Positions 31,532-40,500 of a stretch of 64,000 nucleotides of DNA are shown here, piece by piece. A model generated the notes under the pieces. The model did no database searches, was not told the DNA's origin, and saw only the letters and a program-made list of their open reading frames with translations. The stretch is from an uncultured Alphaproteobacteria bacterium. Lineage in GTDB: Bacteria; Pseudomonadota; Alphaproteobacteria; Rhizobiales; Beijerinckiaceae. A program made the position numbers and the translations under genes. The stretch is from NCBI GenBank assembly GCA_963775575.1, contig CAVZJG010000003.1:492963-556962 (forward strand). Direction: 5' to 3'. Position 1 is the stretch's first letter; each line of letters opens with the position of its first letter.

Positions 31532-32265
31532 GGTTTCAGCACCAGGAGCCCGTCACCGGAACGGGACACCCATGGCCGGTCGCTGCCCTTGGGCAATTGA
31601 GACGGATCGAGCTTAGCGGCCCAGGGCTGGGAGAGTTCGCGGCCGAGCTGCAGGCACAGGCGCACGGTCTTGACGCTGGTGCAGCGCTTGAGCAGGTCGC
31701 GCAGCACGTCGGCGCGCAGGCTGTAAGTGCTCTCGACCAGTTCGCGTGCTTCCTGCAGCGGCTGCCGGACGCCGACTTCGCTCAGCACCTCCAGCAGTGC
31801 GCGCTCCGGCGCCGAGACGAGCGGGCCGCCCTTGCGGTTCTCGAAGGGTCTAACATGAAGCAGCGCGCCGGGCTGCTCCTTGAACAGCCGCTTGCGGTGG
31901 TGCTCGGCCGGGAAGCGCTGGGTGAACCACTCCGGAAGGCGCCCAGCTTTCCAGCCATAAAGCTGTAGGACAGGCCGTTGGGACAGGTATTGGCGTATGC
32001 CATGCCAGTCGAGCGCGGACTTGCCGCCGACATGCAATCCATCGAAGCTCCGCTGCAGCAGAGCGAGGCTCGGATGCAAGGCGGGCGGATCGTTCGGCCG
32101 GCAATAGACGCCGCGCGCCAGCCGTTGCAGCCAGCCGGCACGGACATAGTGGACGGCGAGATCAGCCGATATCCCCAGGGCGGCGAGGTCCTCGGAGATC
32201 AGCGGCGTGCCCGGCGCCAAGCGGGTATAAAGCCGATTTAGCTTGTTCCTATGAGTCGTAGGCAT
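31528..32265 (-). CDS. abiEi: AbiEi-family antitoxin/transcriptional regulator
   Basis: LISEDLAALGIS...YVRAGWLQRLARGVYCRP. Start MPTTHRNKL at 32265. Confidence 0.8.
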   Translation of the reverse strand: MPTTHRNKLNRLYTRLAPGTPLISEDLAALGISADLAVHYVRAGWLQRLARGVYCRPNDPPALHPSLALLQRSFDGLHVGGKSALDWHGIRQYLSQRPVLQLYGWKAGRLPEWFTQRFPAEHHRKRLFKEQPGALLHVRPFENRKGGPLVSAPERALLEVLSEVGVRQPLQEARELVESTYSLRADVLRDLLKRCTSVKTVRLCLQLGRELSQPWAAKLDPSQLPKGSDRPWVSRSGDGLLVLKP

Positions 32266-32460
32266 ACTACGATTATAGCAACAATTCGAAAGCCGGGCCA
32301 GGTTTGGATTCAGTGCCGCCATCGTAGCCCAGATACGATAATTCGTACTATCTCAAATGGACGGGGAAAGCCTTCCCCTGCGGCCGAGCCTACGGTCTCG
32401 GCCGACCCCTTCTGCGGGGACACCCCGCAACGCCCCGAGAGCCAGAGTGCGGACGGGTTT

Positions 32461-32511
32461 GCCGTGACGGGTTTGAGATCGCGAGAGAGGCTCGCGGCGC
32501 CCGTCGCGGAG
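32461..32511 (+). promoter_or_regulatory. conserved hairpin motif, copy 1 (upstream of ardC)
   Basis: CCGTGACGGG-TTTGA-GATCGCGAG-agag-GCTCGCGGC-G-CCCGTCGCGG-AG ends 7 nt before ATG 32519. Confidence 0.6.
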
Positions 32512-32518
32512 ATCCGCG

Positions 32519-33482
32519 ATGTCCAGACATGACCGCAGCGCCCGTTCCGGCCCCGACCGGACGAGCCTCTACGACGAAATCACCGACAAGATCATCACCG
32601 AGTTGGAGGCCGGCCGTGCGCCATGGGTCCAGCCTTGGGGCACGGCGGCGGCGAAGGCGCCGCTCGCCATGCCCAGGAACGCCTCTACGCACCGCCGCTA
32701 CTCGGGCATCAATGTGCTGATCCTCTGGGGCGCTGTCGTCGAACGCTGTTTCTCGGGCCAGAGTTGGTTGACCTTCCGCCAAGCGCTGAGCCTTGGCGGC
32801 CACGTGCGCAAGGGTGAGCACGGCACGACCGTCGTCTATGCTGATCGCTTCACGCCCGATGACGAACGGCGGCGCGCGGCAGAGACGGGCGAAGAGGCGC
32901 AGGCAATCCCGTTCCTGAAGCGCTTCACCGTCTTCAACACAGCACAATGCGAGGGCCTGCCGGACGAGATGGCGGCGGTGGCGCCGCCGGTCGAGACCGG
33001 CCTCGTCCTCCCGCAAGCGGAAGCGCTGATCCGGGCGACCGGCGTGGATTTCCGAATCGGCGGCGAGAGGGCATTCTACGACCCACGGCATGACTTCGTG
33101 CAGGTCCCACCTCCGCAGGCCTATTTCGAGGCGATCAACTGGCACAGGACCGCGCTGCATGAACTTGGGCGCACGCAAGTGGAGCAGTCCACCGACTGAA
33201 CCGCGAACTCTCAGGCTCCTTCGGCACGAAAAAGTATGCCTTCGAGGAATTGGTCGCCGAAATGAACGCCGCCTTCTGCTGCGCCTCGCTCGGTATCGCG
33301 CCAACCGTCCGTCATGCCGACTACATCGCCTCCTGGCTCGAGTTCTGCGCGAGGACAACCGCGCCGTCGTCCGCGCCGCCTCACAGGCGAGCAAGGCCGC
33401 CGACTACATCCTCGGCTTCCTGCCGGAGGATCAGCGGCCCGCCGCTATGGCCTCCGACAGCGATGAGCGAAAGGCTGCATGA
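32519..33482 (+). pseudogene. ardC: ArdC-like antirestriction protein (ssDNA-binding domain plus zincin metallopeptidase), disrupted by two frameshifts
   Basis: The N-terminus is intact (LYDEITDKIITELEAGRAPWVQPW). HELG is followed by a 2-nt insertion near 33170. The next frame reads ...HRLNRELSGSFGTKKYAFEELVAEMNAAFCCASLGI...ASWLE. A 1-nt deletion near 33343 shifts to the third frame, LREDNRAVVRAASQASKAADYILGF. Confidence 0.8.
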
Positions 33483-33580
33483 TGCGGCGCCGCCGAAACG
33501 TGAAACCGCTCCTGCGTGCTACGCTTTTCCGGCTTTCCGGGTCTGCGGCCCGCGAGAGAGTAAGAGGGCTGCGCCGGTTT

Positions 33581-33631
33581 CCGTGACGGGTTGGAGGTCG
33601 AGAGAGAGTCTCTCGACCGCCCGTCGCGGAG
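33581..33631 (+). promoter_or_regulatory. conserved hairpin motif, copy 2 (upstream of the parB-like gene)
   Basis: CCGTGACGGG-TTGGA-GGTCGAGAGA-gag-TCTCTCGACC-G-CCCGTCGCGG-AG ends 9 nt before ATG 33641. Confidence 0.6.
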
Positions 33632-33640
33632 ACTACCCCG

Positions 33641-35764
33641 ATGGCTGCTGCCGTTCAGAAGATCACCTTGTCGTCGTCGCGCGACATTCCCTTCAACAAG
33701 CTCATTCTCAGCCAGTCGAACGTCCGGCGTGTGAAGGCCGGCGTTTCGATCGAAGAGTTGGCCGAGGATATCGCCCGGCGCACGCTCCTGCAGAGCCTCA
33801 GCGTCCGGCCGGTGCTCGACGCCAAGGGTCAGGAGACCGGTATGTTCGAGATTCCGGCCGGCGGCCGTCGCTACCGGGCGCTCGAATTGCTGGTCAAGCA
33901 GAAGAGGCTCGCAAAGACCGCCTCGGTCCCTTGCGTCGTGCGCGAGGGCGGCGTCGCCGAGGAAGACTTTTTGGCCGAGAACGTCCAGCGTGCGCCGCTT
34001 CATCCGCTTGACCAGTTCCGCGCTTTCCAGACGCTGCGTGAGCGAGGCGAGTCCGAGGAGGAGATCGCCGCAGCCTTCTTCGTTGCGGTGAACGTAGTGA
34101 AGCAGCGGCTGCGCCTCGCCGCCGTCTCGGAAAAGCTCCTCGCCATCTATGCCGAAGATGGCATGTCGCTGGACCAGCTCATGGCCTTCGCCGTGACGAC
34201 CGATCACGCCCGTCAGGAGCAGGTTTGGGACGCGGTCCAGCGCTCCTACGGCAAGGAGCCCTATCAGATCCGGCGCATGCTGACGGAGCGCACCATTCGG
34301 GCCTCCGACAAACGCGCTCTGTTCATCGGCTTCGCCGCCTATGAGGCGGCCGGCGGCGGCGTCATGCGCGATCTCTTCCAGCAGGACGATGGCGGCTGGC
34401 TGGAGAATGTCGCCCTCCTCGACGGCCTGGTCGCCGAAAAGCTGAAGGCCGAGGCGGCGACCATCGCCGCCGAAGGCTGGAAATGGATCGAGGCAGCCGT
34501 CGACTTCCCCTATGGCCACGCCCACCATCTGCGCGAGCTGGAAGGCGCGACGGCGGACCTCACGGCCGAGGAGCAGGCAACGATCGACGCCTTGAACGCC
34601 GAACATGCCAAGCTCGAAGCCGAATACGAAAACGCCGACGAGTTGCCTGACGGGGTGGACGAGCGGCTCGGCGAGATCGAGACGGCGCGCGCCGCGTTCG
34701 AGGATCGTCGGGTCAGCTATGATCCGGCTGAGATCGCCCGCGCCGGCGTCTTCGTCAGCATCGACGCAGATGGCAAACTTTCCGTCGATCGCGGTTATGT
34801 TCGGCCCGAAGATGAGGCGCCCGTCACAGTGGACGGCGGCAGCGAAACGGTAGCCGATCGCGGTCTGCCTGAAGGCGTCGAACCGTCCTCCCCCGACGTA
34901 CACCGCGCCGTCATCACCATCGGGGGCCGGTCCGAGCCGGAAGAGGACGAGGACGACGTCATCAGACCGCTGCCCGACCGGCTCGTCAGCGAACTGACTG
35001 CGCATCGGACGCTGGCGCTGCGCGACGCCGTGGCGAACAATCCGCACGTCGCAATGACGGCGCTCCTGCACAAACTCTGCCTCGACACCTTCCAGCCCAG
35101 CGCATCTGGCGCCTGCCTGGAAGCCTCGGTCCGGCACGTCTTCTTCCCCGTCCAGGCGCCGGACCTCAAGGACAGCCCGCCCGCCAAGGCGGTCGCCGAG
35201 CGACACGAAGCCTGGAAGGCCGACCTGCCGAAGGACGAGACCGCGCTCTGGGATTGGCTCGCCGCTCTCGACGAAGCCAGCCGAGGCGCCCTCCTGGCGC
35301 ATTGCGTGTCGTTCGGCGTCAACGCCCTCTATGAGAAGGGCGATCGCTATGGCGGCCCGGGCGTCTCCGTCCATGGCGTCCACCGCCGTCTCGCCCAGGC
35401 CGATCGGCTCGCGCAGGCGGTCGGGCTCGACATGATGGAAGCCGGTTGGCGGCCGACGGTCGACAACTATCTCGCGCGCGTCACCAAGCCCCGCATCCTC
35501 GAAGCGGTGCGCGAGGCCAAGGGCGAGCAGTCGGCGCAACTCATCGGCCACCTCAAGAAGGCCGACATGGCTAAGGAGGCCGAACGGCTGCTCGAGGGCA
35601 CGGGTTGGCTGCCCGAGCCGCTGCGCCTGGCCGTCAGCGAGCCGGCGCCCGACGCGCATACCGATGAGGTAGAGGCGCTGCCGGAGTTCCTCGCGGGCGA
35701 CGACGATGCGGCCTCTGCCGAGGAGGCAGACGAGCCACAGCCACGCGCCGTCGCCGCCGAGTGA
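33641..35764 (+). CDS. large ParB/Srx-domain protein (ICE ParB-like nuclease/partition protein)
   Basis: The N-terminus IPFNKLILSQSNVRRV...EIPAGGRRYRALELL is the ParB N-terminal domain. 707 aa. Confidence 0.85.
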   Translation: MAAAVQKITLSSSRDIPFNKLILSQSNVRRVKAGVSIEELAEDIARRTLLQSLSVRPVLDAKGQETGMFEIPAGGRRYRALELLVKQKRLAKTASVPCVVREGGVAEEDFLAENVQRAPLHPLDQFRAFQTLRERGESEEEIAAAFFVAVNVVKQRLRLAAVSEKLLAIYAEDGMSLDQLMAFAVTTDHARQEQVWDAVQRSYGKEPYQIRRMLTERTIRASDKRALFIGFAAYEAAGGGVMRDLFQQDDGGWLENVALLDGLVAEKLKAEAATIAAEGWKWIEAAVDFPYGHAHHLRELEGATADLTAEEQATIDALNAEHAKLEAEYENADELPDGVDERLGEIETARAAFEDRRVSYDPAEIARAGVFVSIDADGKLSVDRGYVRPEDEAPVTVDGGSETVADRGLPEGVEPSSPDVHRAVITIGGRSEPEEDEDDVIRPLPDRLVSELTAHRTLALRDAVANNPHVAMTALLHKLCLDTFQPSASGACLEASVRHVFFPVQAPDLKDSPPAKAVAERHEAWKADLPKDETALWDWLAALDEASRGALLAHCVSFGVNALYEKGDRYGGPGVSVHGVHRRLAQADRLAQAVGLDMMEAGWRPTVDNYLARVTKPRILEAVREAKGEQSAQLIGHLKKADMAKEAERLLEGTGWLPEPLRLAVSEPAPDAHTDEVEALPEFLAGDDDAASAEEADEPQPRAVAAE

Positions 35765-35896
35765 TGCCGGGAGCGGGGCGGCTTCAACCGCCCCGCTTCC
35801 TTCTCGACCTCCCGTTCCACCCGACAGCCCGGCCATCTCCAGGCGATTGCTTGCAATCGTCCGCGCGCCGGGCTTTCGCCTTCCTGGAGAAACCAC

Positions 35897-36658
35897 GTGG
35901 CCGACTACTTCTCTCCCACTGTCATTCAGCAGACGATACCGAACGCGGATATCACGCCGTTGGAACGTCTCCTGCTCACCCGAATCTTCAGCGCCGAACC
36001 CGACGGTGACGGATTGTATTTCTTTGCCGACGAGCGTCCGGCTGACATGATTTCGGTGAGTCACGCCGAACTCGAGGCCGCGCTCGCCGGGTCCGCATTG
36101 GCCGACAGCGAAGTGAACGCCCATGTCGCGGGGCAGTTCGCGAAGGCGCGCACAGACGCCGACGAGATCGAACTCGATCTCAGCGGCATGTCCTGGGAGT
36201 TCATCCTGCAGGACATCGTGCGCCGATCGTCCACGCTCCGCTACGTCACCGCGATCACGTCCTTCACTTGTTCGAAGATGCGGCCGGACGGCTTCGGCGG
36301 CATGGCGGTGCTGATCACGGCGGACGCGATCAAGGGCAAGTCGACCAGCGACATCCTGGAAGACTTCCTCTCGCAGATGGAAGACGACAGCCCCGCGCAC
36401 CAAACGCATGTTCTCCTCGACCTTCGCGAGCACGCAGTCAGAGAACAGATCGGCCAGGTAATCGAAACCGACCCGACGCTTACTCGGCTGACGGCCGAGG
36501 CCATCAGCGACGCCGACATCCATGCGGCATGCATTGCCATAGCGGCGCAGAGCGAGCTGTCGGAGGAACGCGGCGCTGCCGAGTTTCGCGCCGCGCTCGC
36601 AGCGATCGGAGAAGCGGAGCGCCGACAGGCCGTGCGCGGCATAGGAGGCGCGCGATGA
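35897..36658 (+). CDS. hypothetical ICE protein (253 aa)
   Basis: Coding-like ORF with ATG start. Its stop overlaps the next start (ATGA). Confidence 0.6.
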   Translation: MADYFSPTVIQQTIPNADITPLERLLLTRIFSAEPDGDGLYFFADERPADMISVSHAELEAALAGSALADSEVNAHVAGQFAKARTDADEIELDLSGMSWEFILQDIVRRSSTLRYVTAITSFTCSKMRPDGFGGMAVLITADAIKGKSTSDILEDFLSQMEDDSPAHQTHVLLDLREHAVREQIGQVIETDPTLTRLTAEAISDADIHAACIAIAAQSELSEERGAAEFRAALAAIGEAERRQAVRGIGGAR

Positions 36659-36885
36659 GCATCCCCGACCACGCTCGCGCGAATTTCCAGACGCTGTTGC
36701 GCGCCGCGGCCTCCGGCGATCTCGCGCTCATGGAATGCAGCGACGGCGCGACGGGCGAGCCCCGTTACGTCATCTGCGCGGTGGGCCGCGACGGCGCGGA
36801 TTTCGTGTTCGCGCCTTTCGGCCATCTCGCCGACGGCAACCCCTACGACGCCTATCTGCCGCCCTCCGAAACCCTGCCGGGATGA
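36655..36885 (+). CDS. hypothetical small ICE protein (76 aa)
   Basis: MSIPDHARANFQTLLRAAASGDLALMEC..., translationally coupled to the upstream gene. Confidence 0.55.
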   Translation: MSIPDHARANFQTLLRAAASGDLALMECSDGATGEPRYVICAVGRDGADFVFAPFGHLADGNPYDAYLPPSETLPG

Positions 36886-37047
36886 TCCCCAACCTGATCC
36901 GTTTGTCGCGGCCTGACTTGTCTGGGCGCGGCGGTTCGCCGGTCAACGGGCAAGCCGTTCCCGCATCGTCTGGCGCCGATGCGTGACCCGCGAAGCCTGG
37001 ACCGCGCCCGCTCGCCAGTCCGCCGCGACACGCGGGATCAGGAGGCG

Positions 37048-37374
37048 ATGAGCGATATGCAGGGCTCTCAACAAGCATAAGGCGGGCCCGCCGGCGGGGC
37101 CGTCACTATCAGCCGCGACGGCAAGTGGGGCAATCCGTTCCGCATCGGTTCGGACGGCGATCGCGCCGCCGTCATCGCGAAACACGCACGCTGGCTTCGC
37201 GACCAGCATCATCTGCTGTGCGCGCTCGACGAGCTGCGCGGCCGCGATCTCGTCTGCTTCTGCGCGCCGCTCGCCTGTCATGGCGATCTGCTGTGGCTCT
37301 CCAACGCCACGCGCGACGAGCGGATCGCATGGTGGCGCGGCCTCGTCGGGCCGAGCCGGTGGGCGTGCGCGTAG
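37048..37374 (+). pseudogene. DUF4326-family gene with an in-frame TAA at codon 11
   Basis: AGGAGG lies 2 nt upstream of ATG 37048. TAA at 37078-37080 is in frame. Downstream in the same frame is ...ISRDGKWGNPFRIG...LVCFCAPLACHGDLL (DUF4326 signature). No start codon lies between the stop and the motif. Confidence 0.6.
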
Positions 37375-37429
37375 CGCGTCCGCGCACGACCGGCGCCGCA
37401 ATACCTGCGCCGTGAGAGGGAGAGGGCGG

Positions 37430-37499
37430 CCGGGACGGATTTGAGCCGGTAGGATCGAGAGAGAGCGCCCCTCGGCTCGATCCGTCCTCGCTCTCCCGG
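37430..37499 (+). promoter_or_regulatory. conserved hairpin motif, copy 3 (upstream of the methylase-helicase gene)
   Basis: GGGACGGAT-TTGAGCCGGTAG-GATCGAG-...-CTCGATC-CGTCC is a more diverged version. It ends 11 nt before ATG 37511. Confidence 0.5.
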
Positions 37500-37510
37500 G
37501 GTTTACCACC

Positions 37511-40500
37511 ATGTTGACATCCTCCGCCACGGCGGCCGCGTGCGCGGCTGCGCCGTTCTCCGCGATGCCCGCCAGCACGGCCCTTGCCGCCCGCATCGCC
37601 GACGCCGCGCGTCTTCTTCTCCCCGATCTCGAACGCGGCCGCCGCATCGACGCGGCCACGCTTCGCGCCGCGATGGAGCGCGCCTTCGGCGGTTCCGATG
37701 CGGAAGGCGCCTGGGACTGGAAGACCGCCTATGACGCCTGCGAGGCGGCGACGGTGCTCTTTCTTCGCAAGTTCGGCCCGGCCATTCGCTTGCACGCCGC
37801 GTCGCCCGCCGCCATGCTGCCGATGCTAGCGAAGATCGCGGGCCTCCTCCCCACCCATACGCGGCGCTCCGAGGAGAGCCAGGCGCTCCAGCAATTCTCG
37901 ACGCCGGTCGCCCTCGGCCTCGCGGCGAGCGCCGCCGCCGCAATCACCTCGGCGGATCGCGTGCTGGAGCCTTCGGCCGGGACCGGCCTGCTCGCGATTC
38001 TCGCGGAGCTCGCCGGCGGCGCGCTCGTGCTCAACGAGCTGGCGGGCGCCCGCGCGGCGCTCCTCGGCCATCTCTTTCCGGGCGTCACGGTCACCCGGTT
38101 CGACGCGGCGCAGATCGATGATCATCTCGATGCCGACAATACGCCGAGCGTCGTGCTGATGAACCCGCCCTTCTCGGCGATGGCCCATGTCGATCGCCAC
38201 ATGGCGGACGCCACGCTCCGTCACATCAATTCCGCTCTCGCGCGCCTCGCCGAAGGCGGTCGCCTCGTCGCCATCACCGCGGCGAGCTTCGCGCCGGACA
38301 ACCCGGTTTGGACCGACGCCTTCGTCCGGCTGCAGCAACGCGGCCGCGTGGTGTTCTCGGCCGCGATCGACGGCGCGGTCTACGCCAAGCACGGCACGAC
38401 CATCGACACGCGGCTGACCGTGATCGACAAACGGCCGGCCGACGATCCCACGCTCTTCCCGACATCGCCGGGGATCGCGCCTGACGCTGCGACGCTGCTC
38501 TCCTGGGTGATGCAGCACATTCCCACGAGGCTGCCGATCGCCGCGGCCGTCGCGGTTTCCCCGGTCGCGCGTCCGGCCATTCCCCGGACTGCGCGCGCAT
38601 ACGCCATGCGCCCGTCCTCCATTCCCGCTAGTACGGTAGAGCCCGAGGCGATCGAGCTCGCCTATGAGACCGTCGACTGGACGCCGGCCGAAGGCGGCGG
38701 AATCACCGATGCGCTTTATGAAGAATACGGATTGCAGTCGATCCGTATTTCCGGCTCTCAGGCGCATCCCACCAGACTGGTGCAGTCAGCGGCGATGGCC
38801 TCGGTCGCGCCGCCGAAGCCGAGCTATCGACCGCATCTCTCAGCGAACATCGTCTCGGGCGGCCTGCTGTCAGACGCGCAGCTCGAATCCATCGTCTATG
38901 CCGGCGAGGCCCATTCGGACTTCCTCGCGGGATCGTGGATGGTGGACGCTGCCTTCGATGTCGTATCCGCCGCACGGGAAGACGCCGAGAACGCCTTCCG
39001 CTTCCGCCGCGGCTGGTTCCTCGGCGACGGCGCCGGCGCCGGCAAGGGCCGCCAGGTCGCCGGCATCTTGCTTGATAATTGGCTGAAGAGCCGTCGCCGC
39101 GCCGTCTGGGTGTCGAAGTCGGACAAGCTGATCGAGGACGCCCAGCGCGATTGGTCGGCGCTCGGCATGGAACGCTTGCTGGTGACGCCGCTGTCGCGCT
39201 TCCGTCAGGGCACGCCGATCCGTCTGACGGAGGGCATCCTATTTGCGACCTACGCCACGCTACGGTCCGACGAACGCGGCGAGAAGGCTTCCCGCGTGAA
39301 GCAGATCGTCGAATGGTTGGGCTCCGATTTCGACGGAGTGATCATTTTCGACGAGAGCCACGCCATGCAGAACGCCGTCGGCGGCAAGGGCGAGCGCGGC
39401 GACCAAGCGGCATCGCAGCAGGGCCGCGCCGGACTTCGCCTCCAGCACGCGCTGCCGAACGCGCGCGTCGTCTACGTCTCCGCGACCGGCGCCACCACCG
39501 TTCACAATCTCGCCTACGCCCAGCGTCTCGGCCTCTGGGGCGGCGAAGATTTCCCCTTCGCCACCCGCGCCGAGTTCGTCGAAGCCATCGAGGCGGGCGG
39601 CGTCGCGGCGATGGAGGTGCTGGCGCGCGACCTCAAGGCTCTCGGTCTCTATGCCTCGCGCTCCCTCAGCTACGAGGGCGTCGAATACGAGTTGCTCGAG
39701 CACCAGCTCACCGACGAGCAGATCCGCATCTACGATGCCTTTGCCGGGGCGTTCTCGATCATCCACAACAATCTCGCCGCGGCTATGGAGGCCGCGAACA
39801 TCACCGGCGAGACCGGCACGCTGAACGCGCAGGCGAAGTCCGCCGCACGCTCCGCCTTCGAGAGCGCCAAGCAGCGCTTCTTCAATCACCTCATCACCGC
39901 GATGAAGACGCCCTCGCTGATCCGCTCGATCGAGCGTGATCTGGAGGCGGGCCGTGCCGCCGTCATCCAGATCGTCTCCACCGGCGAAGCGCTAATGGAG
40001 CGCCGGCTTGCCGAGATCGCGACAGAGGAATGGGGCGACGTCCAGGTCGACATCACGCCGAGGGAATACGTTCTCGATTACCTCGCCCATTCCTTCCCGG
40101 TGCAGCTCTACGAACCGTTCACCAACTCCGAAGGCAATCTCTCGTCTCGGCCGGTCTATCGCGAAGGCCAGCCGGTCGAGTGTCGCGAGGCCGTCGCCCG
40201 CCGCGACCGACTGATCGAGAAGCTCGCTTCTCTCGCGCCCGTTCCCGGCGCGCTCGACCAGATCGTGCAGCGTTTTGGCGCCGACGTCGTCGCCGAGGTG
40301 ACGGGACGCAGCCGTCGGATCATCCGCAAGGGCGACCGCCTCATGGTCGAGAACCGCGCCGGTTCGGCCAATCTGGGCGAAACGCAAGCCTTCATGGACG
40401 ACGTGAAGCGCATCCTCGTCTTCTCCGACGCGGGCGGCACCGGGCGCTCCTACCATGCCGAGCGATCGGCGAAGAACCGGCGGCTGCGCGTCCACTATTT

